Origin: Octopus vulgaris
Taxonomy: Eukaryota
Direction: 5' to 3'
Assembly (NCBI GenBank): GCA_951406725.2
Contig: OX597819.1
Span: 30,318,001-30,382,000, forward strand
DNA: 64,000 nucleotides
Shown: piece by piece, positions 13,186-24,889 of the stretch
Position numbering within the stretch: the first letter of the stretch is position 1
Layout: each line of letters starts with the position of its first letter
Translations under genes and position numbers: made by a program
The notes under the pieces: generated by a model
Told to the model about the DNA's origin: nothing
The model's input: only the letters and a program-made list of their open reading frames with translations
The model's database searches: none

Positions 13186-13434
13186 CATCACAAGAAAAAT
13201 ATCAAAAAAATATATATATATCTTCTTTTTTTCTTTCAAAGTAACATTGCTACAATTATACATAACAGTATGCTTAGAGATAATATCAATCACTAAGATT
13301 AATTACTCAGAGATGCCATCTGCATTAAAGAAATATAGTCAAGTTAGTGTTACTATACTTAATATAATGACCATTAAAAATCTAATTAGAAATGCCTGCA
13401 ATGGAACAGTTATTGCTTGAAGAAGATAACTTAC

Positions 13435-13563
13435 CATATTGCATTCCTCTGGATCCATGACCAGACCTTTCATACCATAACGTAGAGCATCCTTGGCTAA
13501 ACACCCAGAAAACTCCTCAGCAGTTCCAGTTTGAGAACCATAAAATACCACAACATTCTTTCC
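13435..13563 (-). CDS. POR: POR coding exon 3 (129 nt), FMN phosphate-binding loop
   Basis: GKNVVVFYGSQTGTAEEFSGCLAKDALRYGMKGLVMDPEECNM; atactag| acceptor, |gtaagt donor. Confidence 0.97.
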
Positions 13564-13687
13564 CTAGTATAGAATGGAAAAGTATTAAATGTGAAATCCA
13601 AGTTTCTGAAACAACGGTGAAGTAGGAAGCTAAACATTGAAGAACAGTTAGTATACATGATTTAGATGGCAAACTATTTGTTATTGT

Positions 13688-13941
13688 TGTATTTCGGAAT
13701 GGTCATTTTGCCAGTTTAGCCAATAAAAACACATGCACTATATATTTGGTGTTACTTTGCTTCAGTGTTATTTTTTACATTAATCTTGATCTTATTTCGG
13801 CCAGAGTTCTTTCGTCACACTCCTGTGACCGCATCAGTGTTCCTTTGCTTTCTTCTTTCTTATTTGTGTGTCTCTCCTTACTAACCGTCAGCCATTTTGT
13901 ATTTATTGGCTAAACTGGCAAAACGACCATTCCGAAATACA
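13688..13941 (-). mobile_element. Penelope-like pseudo-LTR fragment with 40-bp inverted repeats and hammerhead-like core
   Basis: Inverted repeats 13688-13727 and 13902-13941. Minus strand reads CTGATG-cg-GTCACA-ggag-TGTGAC-GAAA. Confidence 0.5.
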
Positions 13942-14129
13942 TCAAATATCTGTTTCAACACACGATTTCACATAAAAAAATCTTGCACAACAAATAAATA
14001 AACGTGATATTTGTTATATTTCTGATTAAATTCATGTTTATTTGTAGTTTGGCTTCAGGTTAGCACTAATCAAGCTAGATTAGATATCTGTAGTACAGAG
14101 AGAATCTGAAGGCAAGAGATTCACCAAAG

Positions 14130-14945
14130 TTCTTTAAAGAGGTGAGCAGAAGCTTGAAATGTCCTAAACTGCAAAGCAGTGTGTCAGTGTGAACCAAGAT
14201 AATGTTGGGGAAAAGTATGTGGGGAATGACTCCAAAGCATCAACTCTAGCAACACTAACAAGACTTGGAAATGCTGAAGAGGTAGCCTAAGAAGTAAGAG
14301 GGAATACTACCAAGTAGATCCACCAGCAAGTCCAGCTATTAAGTTGACAGCAGTATGGCTAAAATACAGTTAAGGATATTAAGGCAAGGAAAGCAACTGG
14401 ACCATCAAGAATAGTTGCTGAAATCCTGAAAATATCCAGCAGAATAGAGCATACACTAGCCACCTACATAGTCAACAGAATAGTACAGAGAGGGCCATTA
14501 GCTGATGACTAGCATAGTTGTATCAGTGTCAACACCAACAGCAAAGGAGATGCATTACGGAGAAGCAAATGCAGAAGCTTCAAATTGATGGAGCAGGTTA
14601 TGAAAGAAATAGAAAGAGCCCAACAGAATGAAATAGAATGAGCCCAAGAAATTAGAAAGATAATTAGCTTAAAATAAATGCAGTTTAGGTTGGGGCAAGG
14701 TCAGAGCACTACTTATACACACTTCCCAGTGAAATAAATACAAAAGTCCTCAGCTAAGAGTAAGCCACTTTACTTGACATTTGTTTATCTGGGTAAGGTC
14801 TTTGACAGGTTACCACACTCTGTAATCTCTGGTCTTTAAAAATAGGCATAGAGCGAATGGCTTAAGAGCATATACAGAGATGCTGTCAGCAAAATCAATG
14901 TTGCCAATGAGTTCAGGGATGGTCTATTCAACCAAATAGTTGAAT
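14130..14945 (+). mobile_element. Decayed RTE-clade reverse transcriptase fragment
   Basis: Broken frames give IKARKATGPSRIVAEILK and YLTFVYLGKVFDRLPH, resembling KAPGPxG and AFxDLEKAFDRVP. Confidence 0.7.
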
Positions 14946-16121
14946 AAAGTGTCAGGCAAAACCTAATGTTTAAGTCATAATGGTGGCAAAGTGCCAGGGT
15001 GTACTTGCAAGGAATAGGAATAAGAGCATAGATGGGATGGTAGAGTAAGGAAGAGAGAGATATATGGTAACAGGTGCCAGCAGGGTATTGCCTAGCAGGC
15101 GCAAGTAGGGAGTGGAGGTGGGGAATGCTGTGACTAGTGAGAACCTGGGTATATAAAGGGGGTGGGGAAAGCAACAGTACAGAGAGCAGGATAGTGAGGA
15201 CAGGATTGGGGAGTGGGAGATAATTATAGTGTATGAAGAGGAAATGTGAGCAAGGGACGAGATAGTTAGGGAGAGGAAATGTAGTTTGGTTTGCTGAGGT
15301 AGGGTATGTGGTAATTTTATAGTTACAAGGGGTGGAATACAACACTTCTAGATCTCAGGTTCGCTGACGTGAGCAAGTCTTCTCGAGAACCTCATATTGC
15401 CTTCATATAACAAAAATTCTTGCTTTATTAAAATTACCGCTGCCTCTAGTGGATGTATCATGACAGTGAAGTAGCAATTATGACTATGACCAGCTCTGCT
15501 TGAAAAGGGGAGATAATCTCCAGATTCAAGAATTCTGTAAAGTTGTCATTAAGAAAAAGGACAGGGTTATTGTCTGGAGATAAGAGGACAGTCATGGATA
15601 TGTGTTTCTGGCTCAATAGCCTTCATCAGGACAACACTTGTCCAACCTTATCTCAAGTAGCCAAAGGACTTAAACTTATACAAAATGGAGTAGAAAACAG
15701 ACATGGCTTAGGTAATTTGCATAATTTAAAGTGAAACGAGCTAGGAGAAATAACTCAAAGTGGCCAGTGGCATGTATTTGAATAACATGGACAAATACTG
15801 GTCTATCAAATACCATACAACAAAAATTCTTGATTATTAAAATTAACTCTGCTTCTAGAGGATGTATCATATTACCAACAGGAAATGGAGGGCTTCTTTC
15901 AGCATCTGTCAATCCACTCACAAAACATTGGTCAACCCAAGGCTATAATAGAAGATACCTGCCCAAGGTGCTACACAATAGGACTAAACCTGAAAGCACC
16001 ACTTGAACCAATTCCATCTGACCCACACCTACATAGCGAAGTGGATGCTGAAACACTGGTGATGACATATATACAAGTACATAACTCAGTATAGTTACAG
16101 TTATATAGTTTAAATGTTACT

Positions 16122-16455
16122 CAGCGCCGCCCCAACTGGCCTCCGTGCCGGTGGCACGTAAAAAGCACCATCCGATTGTGGCCATTGCCAGCCTCGTCTG
16201 GCCCCCGTGCCGGTGGCACGTTAAAAGCACCATCTGATCGTATCCGTTCGCCAGCCTCATCTGGCACCTGTGCAGGTGGCACGTAAAAAGCACCCACTAC
16301 ACTCACGGAGTGGTTGGCGTTAGGAAGGGCATCCAGCTGTAGAAACACTGCCAGATCAGACTGGGCCTGGCACAGCCTACTGGCTTCCCAGACCCCAGTT
16401 GAACCATCCAACCCATGCTAGCATGGAAAACGAATGTTAAACGATGATGATGATG
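16122..16455 (+). mobile_element. RTE 3'UTR fragment with 3 VNTR units
   Basis: Three ggtggcacgt(a/t)aaaagcacc units followed by the common tail and (gat)n. Confidence 0.88.
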
Positions 16456-16589
16456 TGTATATATTAAAGTGTGTAAACACAAAGTCACTAGGTAAATATA
16501 TAAAGCAAATTATATTATCCCCAAACAACAATGGCTGGACTCATGCAGTAGATAAACTATTTTAAATTATACAGCTATTAAACTCTTAC

Positions 16590-16641
16590 CAAAGTTTTCA
16601 TCTTTCCTATTAATCCACTGTCTTCTGTTTTTGCAGCTGGG
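16590..16641 (-). CDS. POR: POR coding exon 2 (52 nt)
   Basis: ctctttcag|C CCA GCT...ACT TTG|gtaag gives (V)PAAKTEDSGLIGKMKTL, matching the POR 'SFVEKMKKT' segment. Phases join both neighbours. Confidence 0.9.
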
Positions 16642-16708
16642 CTGAAAGAGTGAGGAAGAGAGGGATTAGAAATAAGGTTGGTAACTGTGTAACAGGCAGT
16701 AAGATTAA

Positions 16709-16925
16709 CACTTTAACATTTAAACTAGCCATATCCGGTCCAAATATGCCTGCTGTTTCAGGTTCAAACTGGCCAGGTCTAGCTTCTCACACCTACCCTA
16801 CAACGTCATCCTACAAATAGACAATAACATCATCAAAATCTCATGGCTATGAGACAATGCATGATCAATTCGAAATGATATGAATAAGTAAGCTTTACGT
16901 TTAGCAGAATAATTCGAATGTAGAA
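16709..16925. mobile_element. piggyBac-type MITE, degenerate
   Basis: Same family as 43587-43806. Confidence 0.7.
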
Positions 16926-18384
16926 AACAAAGAGAGTCAGAAAAGCATCAGCAGACCAAATGTAGAACAGAACTCGGGAGAAATGAACTTTATGATTTAA
17001 CTATTTCAATGTTTAAATGGATGAGACAGAGTCATTGGATTATTTACATCATTAGAGTGAATTTTTTTTAGTCATATCCTGGTGAGAACATGACAACAAT
17101 TCTGGTGCCATGATAAAATGCCATAAAGTAGTTGGTGTTAGGAGGAGTATTCAGCCATAGAGACCATGCCAAATTTAGAATGTTCCGGGAGAGCAGTAAC
17201 TGAGAAGGAGAAAACTCAATCTAAAATGAACTATCCAACACTAAAAACAGGTAAAACTACCTGAAGAAATAATCTTAATTTTTTCATATTATTATTTTAA
17301 ATCAGAAGAGAAGAAATGACTTCTATATAATGAAGAATAAAAGAACTGCAACAATGAATGATTTATAAATAAATCATGATACAAATATACTAATGTGAAT
17401 GAAATAATATACATCCGACAGGGGGTGTCTAGAATGTAAGCTAATAATGTCAGTGTTTGAATATATAAGGATAAGTAAAGTGTGGAGTTATCTGTGTGTG
17501 TGGTTCTAAGTAGCAGCAAGCATGTTATGTGTGGATAAATATGGTAAACAGAAATTCCTCCTTTAAAATGTTCTCAAAAATTTTTGTGATGTTTCAATTT
17601 ATAAACAAATAAGAGATTTCATTTTTGCTTGGATCTCTCAGAATTACTTTCCTTCCTCAAGATTATAAATACAAAATTACAGTAACAGTAGTAGTTCTTT
17701 AAAGCAACAAATCTAATAACAGTCAATTTGTTTTGTTTTTTGGGTTTTTTTTTTTTTCCATAACAAATATAATTGAGAAATATTTCTTTTCCAAACATCA
17801 AAAATTCTGTGAGCAGAGACAATAATGTTAGCAACTATTAAGACTGCGTTCTGCAAAACAGATAAATCTGCCTGGCAGAGAACCAGTACTATATGCAATA
17901 TGTGGCTGAATGGTTGGTAGTTTGCAAGGGAGCTATATCTAAAATACTGGTTTTTTTCCAATGACAACTGAATGTATACATTTTTAATCATCCCAGCATG
18001 CAAAAACTGGATGTAAAGGAACAAGTACAAAGTTGCTCATAAATAAGTGTAGCTATAATATCATGTAATATACAAGCTATTATTTATAGCTATATTTGCA
18101 TTTGACCAACTTTGTGAAAAAGACTCGTTTTAATAATTTCTCAATAATACCTAAAAAAAAGACTTATTTTCATCCCTTATATCTTTAATAAAATGGCTAT
18201 AAGAAAAGGTAAGATCTAAATAATTTTATCTTTGTGCAAAAGCAAATATGGTTTCTTCCCTAAAATATTAAAAGTAAATTAAATTCATGTTCTCTTCACA
18301 AATTAGTCTAATGTAAAATTTCTTAATAATTTAAAAATGTACACAAAATAAAATAAAATCCAATCAATAAGATGATCAACTCAC

Positions 18385-18554
18385 ACAATATTCAGTCTTT
18401 GAAAATCCATTGAATCTTCTGTTTTCCGCCAGAAAAGGTAATAAAAAGCCAATCCTATAAGCGTACTAACAACTGCAATATCCAGTAAAGATATCATGCT
18501 GCCTTCTGAACTGGGATCAGATTCCTCAGCCACTTCTGTAATTATTGCAAACAT
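18385..18554 (-). CDS. POR: NADPH-cytochrome P450 reductase, first coding exon (N-terminal membrane anchor); whole exon 18385-18674 including 5'UTR
   Basis: Translates MFAIITEVAEESDPSSEGSMISLLDIAVVSTLIGLAFYYLFWRKTEDSMDFQRLNIV: hydrophobic anchor followed by WRK. In-frame upstream TGA. Acceptor ttttctgcag| at 18675, donor GT|gtgagt at 18384, phase 2. Confidence 0.9.
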
Positions 18555-19235
18555 ATTGTTGGAGAGGAAGGGAAATCAGAAAGATGTGACAAGGAATGTT
18601 GGACGGTAAGAAAATTTCTGTGAAGATTTTTTTGTTTGCCCCCTTCTGTTTTCACTTGGCTCTTCGAACACAATCTGCAGAAAAAGAAAAAACAAAATGA
18701 AATACATAAATGAAATTTTCTTCACGAATAAAAACAAAATAGTTTAGTGTCAGATTTCCAATACACTGACTGCTGAAAATAAATTATAAATAGAACTTTA
18801 TTAAATCATCCATACATTGATAATTGTGGGAAGAAAAATAACTGGTCTTTCTAGTAGTGTCGCATTTAAAAAGCAAACAGATCAACTGAATAAAAACAGT
18901 TTGAAAATTTGGGTTGGAGAGAGGTGACTGTGTGCAGAATCTAATAGAAGGAAAGCCAGAAAATATTCCATTAATTATTCACACACTGAATTACAGTTCG
19001 TAGTCATAGAGAATAAAAAAAAGTGCAGGTATGGCAACATGATTAAAAAGTTTGTTTTTCCAACAAGGAGTTTCTGTTTGACCTCGTTGTACTATAGCAC
19101 AGTCATGACAACACCAAGTTTCAGCCTATATTCCCAGTCACCCATTCCTACCAATGTTCCCAGATTAACCCTCACCTGTCAATGCTCAGTTATTCTCCCA
19201 TTTTTAAAACCAAACTTGCTCTTTAACCCTTGGGA

Positions 19236-19509
19236 AACTACCACCTGTGTCATCTCTTGTGAAAGGTAGGAGAGTCCAGTTTGCTGGACATTGTTGTAGA
19301 GCTGAAAAACGAGGCAATTTCTACTCTTCTCCTCTGGAAGCCATCTACTCGCAATACCAGAGGGCGCACACTCTCCTACCCTGATGTAATCTCCAGGAAT
19401 ACAGGCATCCAGCAACAGGACCTCCGTAATGCTATGATGGACTGTGAAGTCTGACATAGCATGGTAAATTCCATTGTCTCGACCACAGTCGAACAATGAT
19501 GATGATGAT
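19236..19509 (+). mobile_element. RTE-clade LINE 3' end, second family
   Basis: Frame reads SLVKGRRVQFAGHCCRAENEAISTLLLWKPSTRNTRGRTLSYPDVISRNTG, then a (gat)n tail. Confidence 0.75.
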
Positions 19510-19513
19510 TTAA

Positions 19514-19688
19514 CCCTTTAGCAATCAGATTACTTTGTCAAAAACGTTTATTTATTCACAGTGTGTTTTAAATTTATCATTTTTAGAATGACATTGTTAA
19601 GTACATGTGAGAGATCAGATCTGTCTGGTTTTAACATAAAACAAGTATAGTATTTGGGTCAGATACGGCCAGATTAAATGCTAAAGGG
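19514..19688. mobile_element. piggyBac-type MITE
   Basis: TTAA|ccctttagca ... tgctaaaggg|TTAA: TIRs with TTAA target duplication. Confidence 0.88.
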
Positions 19689-20261
19689 TTAAAACTATGT
19701 AAGGTAATATACTGATATTTCACAGGAGCCATTCACAATGATGTTTCACAAAGGTTCTGTGTCAGAATATTTTACATGGGCCATGAGCAGTAAAACGATG
19801 CTTTACAGGGGCAATGTTCTGTGATGTTTCACATAGGTCATGCTCAGCAAGGTTTCACAAGGGACGTGTGCTGTTTTGGCTCGATTTCAGGTGTTTTCAT
19901 CCACACATTCTGTAACAATTTATATAACAGTCGTACTGATTATCTACATTGTAAAATAAAACATGCAGCAGTGAACAAGCAATGAGATGAAATGAGATAT
20001 GAAAATAAATTAGAGCAACTGGTGGAGGAGAGAACATGTGTGTGCATGACACCATTTGTGAGTGTGTATGTGTGTGTATGTATGTGTAACCATGTGTGCA
20101 AGAGTATGTGGTTGTGTGGGAGAGAGAGAGCATATGTTTGTGTCAAAGTAACATGTCAGTGATTGTAGCAAAGCAGAATTTTTAGAGCTTATCATTCTGT
20201 TAATTTCTAAAATTTTTTTGCCATCACCAATTATTTTTTCCTCATATAATCATCATTTTAT

Positions 20262-20643
20262 ACCCATTGACTTGAAGCACTCCGTCGGTTACGACGACGA
20301 GGGTTCCGGTTGATCTGAATCAACGGAACAGCCTGCTCGTGAAATTAACGTGTAAGTGGCTGGGCCCTCCACAGACACGTGTACCCTTAACGTAGTTCTC
20401 GGGGATATTCAGCATGACACAGAGAGTGACAAGGCCGGCCCTTTGAAATACAGGTACAACAGAAACAGGAAGTAAAAGTGAGAGAAAGTTGTGGTGAAAG
20501 AGTACAGCAGAGATCACCACCATCCCCTGCCGGAGCCTCGTGTAGCTTTAGGTGTTTTCGCTCAATAAACACTCACAACGCCCGGTCTGGGAATCGAAAC
20601 CGCGATCCTATGACCACGAGTCCGCTGCCCATTGCACCTCCAC
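20262..20643 (-). mobile_element. tRNA-derived SINE family B
   Basis: Minus-strand head gtggaggtgcaatgg...ggtttcgattcccagaccggg; same head as 63829-64000. Confidence 0.85.
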
Positions 20644-20988
20644 TTTTATACCCATTAGCAATGTAGACAAGTGTTGGATTGGTTGGTACAGTTTGATTAA
20701 GCTATATTCGGAGCTAATGCCTACCTAGACAAGTAGATTATTATACAGACAAATATTATTATCTAAAACGTGTTCAGTGTTCAGTTAGTTTTTCTTTAAC
20801 TTTCTTAGAATTCATAATCAGTAGGATCCCCCACCACCATTTATTTTGGGTCAGAACAAACTCCAATTGTAACTGAAAAGATACTCTTTTTAAAATTTTT
20901 TTTTTTGTTTTGTAAATTTGCCCTATAAATCATTTTCTCTTATCACATTAGATTCTATTTAATACATTCTATAATTTAACTTCATATA

Positions 20989-22171
20989 CAGAGTGCTTGG
21001 GCTAAATTTGACATTTTTTAAGTCTCTTTTTTTTTCAAGAACAGCTTGATGTATTAGTGAACAGTCAATGGCACTGGAGAGCACAAAGAATCAAGTTGTA
21101 ATTGTGAAGGCACATGGCCTAGTGGTTAGAGCAGCAGGTTCGCGGTTGAGGGATCACGGGTTCGAATCTCAGACAGGGCGATGTGTATGTTTATGAGTGA
21201 AAACACCTAAGCTCCACGTGGCTCCAGCAGAAGGTAATGGCAAACTTCTGCTGACTCTTTCGCCACAACTTTCTCTCACTCTTTCCTCCTGCATCTTGCA
21301 GCTCACTTGCGACAGACCGGCGTCCCATCCAGGTGGGGAACCTATACGCTAAGAAACCGGCCCTTATGAGCCAGGCATGGATCGAGAAGGAACAAACAAG
21401 TTGTAATTGAAAAAAAGTTAGCTGATATGGCAGACTGGAAGCTACCTGAATATTGAAAAAGAGTTACCTATACCATGATGATTTGTACTGAGTATCAAAA
21501 TGCTGACATCATGACTGTCACTCAATTATCTGTGAACATTGTAAAGGTTGTAAGACATGACATGGGCAGCTGTAATAGAGACTACAAAGACATGGCAAGC
21601 AGAATGGGACACAGTGGGCATTCTGACTGCATCCACATGCTGCAATTTCTCAACTGCAGGACTGGTCCTTATGCTCAATTCAGATGGCTATGTGAAGCCT
21701 TTGGAGACTGTGGTCAATCCCTGGTTGGAGAAGGTTGCTGCTGGAAGCTGATATGGATAGCAGCAGAATTCAGTTCCTTGCCATATCTCCAGAAAGAGAA
21801 GTGGTTATCAGAGAATTTCTATAACTTCACCAGCCAAGTTTCTGGCCTCCTAATTCACCCCACTTGTAATCCCATGGATTACTATGTATGATGGTGGGGG
21901 CTCACAGTTGAGAAAGACACCAACCACTCTGCCTGCAACATCAAGGCCAAGCTGGCAGCCAAGATCACGAGGAGATATTTGAAGATCTTCCCAGGGACAC
22001 AGTAAGGAATGCATGCACTAGGTTCCCAAGCAATTTAGATGCTGTGGTGGAAGCTGAAGGTGGCTACTTTAAGTAAATTATCTCTCAGTCAGAATTTCAT
22101 TTATTTTTGAATGGGATATTGCTTTTTTTTTTACTTTTATGCAAATTGTCAAATTTAGTTCAAACACCCTG
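20989..22171 (+). mobile_element. Internally deleted Tc1/mariner-superfamily element (DD37D/maT-like)
   Basis: TA|cagagtgcttgggctaaatttgaca ... tgtcaaatttagttcaaacaccctg|TA. Transposase relic QQNSVPCH..WLSENF..WPPNSP..NPMDYYV. Confidence 0.8.
21105..21396 (+). mobile_element. tRNA-derived SINE (family B-related) nested in the Tc1/mariner element
   Basis: A box tggcctagtgg, B box ggttcgaatct, 13-bp TSD caagttgtaattg at 21092-21104 and 21397-21409. Confidence 0.9.
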
Positions 22172-22257
22172 TATATTAGATACCATTTTAGTATCATATT
22201 TTTAGATTTTTCTGGCTAACATTAAAACAGGCTCCAAATAAGTGTTCAAGTTAGGAT

Positions 22258-22385
22258 TAGGGTTGAGATCATTAATAACTGTTGAAGAACTAGCAGAGAA
22301 GCTTGGATATGGTCATTCAAACTTTCAACAACACCTGCGTGCTATAGGAAAAGTCAGCAAATTGGGTCAATGGGTTCCTCACAAA
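22258..22385 (+). mobile_element. Mariner transposase fragment
   Basis: TVEELAEKLGYGHSNFQQHLRAIGKVSKLGQWVPH: HTH plus WVPH motif. Confidence 0.8.
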
Positions 22386-24889
22386 CAGGTCACAGATGGA
22401 ACCCTTCTGTTGGTAAAGATTAATTCAGTCCTTACTGCTCCACTCAAGCAAAGCATACAGGCAAAATGCTTGTAACTTCATGAAACCTGCTGATGGGTTC
22501 TCATCATTTTGATAACTTCAGTCACTATCAGGAGAAAAGCTTCAAAATCTAAGTGGCTCCAGCAGTTTCTAGTAAGGACAAAGTGTCTTCAATGTTTATT
22601 TTACCCACATAGAGTATTTCTTATTATGATTGTGAATGTACTCCACACATGCTGTTTCAAGGTAAAGAGCAGTAATCATTTAATCTTGGTGCCTAAATGT
22701 CTGCAGGTAGTTTAAGTCCATTTAAAGCTCAATAAAACCTTTGTCAAAACAAGTGAAATATGACAGCATGAGGACAAACATCAGGCACAATGACAAATAT
22801 AGACATAGCAACTAAGAATATACAGTGACTTTATAACTAAAAAAAAATGTCTAGATATCCTTGGGTTACTGGTTCACAGATACACAGGATACTGACAGAT
22901 ATTCGGATAAAACAAAATGTATTAGATACAAGATTAGGCCACTAATATGATTTGAGACAAAACAAAATATAAGAATATCGTTAAGCCACTGATGTGTCTT
23001 TGGGCAAAATGAAATACATTTTGTTGGACTTATTGCTTTAAAAATATTTTAAGTAACAGATGCTTTTATGGTAAAAATTATTTTTCACTATACATCATTA
23101 CTATATATGGGAAAGTCACAGCTGAAAGGTCTTCAGTCATACAGCCAGATGTGATCATGGGCTACAGGAAACAAAAACAGAACAATACTTGTAGCTCATT
23201 CTCCCTACAACTACATAAGATGGGCTACATAACACATAATTCTTAGATAACCACACATACACACACTGAAATATATAGATATTATTATGACTGTTTAACA
23301 TCCACTCCTCTATAACAAATTTAAGACTTTTTTTTAAGGAAGCATTTTAAGGTCAGATATCATCCCCGATGTCAAACCTTTCAGTAAACTCTTACAACAT
23401 CTAGGTCTATACTGTACCTACTCTAAAAACCAGGATAAATACAGCTACATATTTTACACACACATCGGCATATCTGCTTATTTGTGTATGTCTATGAAGC
23501 AAGTTTAGGAATTCCAATTCAAGTTTTTTTTATTTTTATCTTCAGTTTATTACACATTAACACGTAAATAGATATGGTGGTTAACTGCAAATGAAATTTA
23601 AATTTAAATGGATTTCTTTTTTCTTGTTTTGGATTCCAGATTATATATAATTTTTATCCATTTCAGAATAAACAAAATGCAACGCTTAACTAACAAAGTA
23701 TTATCTACATCACACACAACTCTCTCTCTCTCGGAATAACATATCCACATTAATGTTATATTAACCACTAATCGTGTGGAAGAAAAGTAAAATGAATTAA
23801 AATTTTCACAAACCTATATATACTTTGATGTGAGAAGAAAAGATTTCAAACAAGCTGAACTACTGTAATAATATTTCAAGTTGTTTAAAGTTCTATGCTT
23901 TATCACAATATTTCATCAGCATTTTAACACTATCAGTTTCACCCTCAATAAACTGAATAACTGAATAACTAACAAAATAAAACCACTTATCTGTAGAGAA
24001 TGAGAATATTCAATTATGATAAGACACTAAATTTTTTATTTCATTTATCTTTAATTTTGTTAACCAACCGTTCATTTTATTTCACAATCTTTACTCACAT
24101 ATATATCATCATTTTTATTTTTATGTCCACTTTTCCACCATACTTATCAGTAACAATCAAGATTTTCATTTCTTTCCATTTCAATTCAACTATTTATCTA
24201 TCTGTATATCTAATGACGTATCTATTTACCTGTATATCTATGGGTATATCTGCAGACTTACCGACCTACCTATCTATTTATCATATTGATTTTCCTTTCT
24301 GTTGATGTAGGTATCTGTCTAATCAGACAATATGGATAAACATTTAAACCTAATAACAAAAGAAAAAAAGAACAAACTGAATAATGATAGAGCCCCCAGC
24401 ATGAACACACAAAAGAGTAAAAGAGTAACATCCACAGCTAGGCTATTTCACTTTCTCTATCAATTGCCAATTACTGCCTTTGCCTTCAATATTTAGTTAC
24501 ATATCTTTACATTCCAAGTTCGAATCCTTCCAGGGTTTATTTTGCCTTTCATTCCTTCAGGACTGATAAAACACTTCACAAGTTTATGATTAATTTAATT
24601 TTTTATTTGTAACCTTCAGCTAATGTTATCACTGCCCAACCATGTTGCTCTGAGTTCAATTGCAATGCGTGGAACAATTATTTTCTACAACAGCCTTGAT
24701 TATGCAACGCTTTGACAGTGGAACTTGGTTGACAAACTGTGTAAGAGCTCATTGTGTGTGTGTGTGTGTGTTTGTGTGTTGGATCCTTTTGTCTCTTCAC
24801 TTAGTTTGATACATAGAAATCAGTAAAATAAGTACTAGACTGAACTCGGTATTGAGATGAAGCAGGCTCCTGCCAATGTCTGTTCATTC

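Noticed and set aside
21105-21180. tRNA-like sequences (also at 1381, 26860-26937, 63829)
   Set aside because: SINE heads continuing into SINE bodies with tails or TSDs; no complete cloverleaf.
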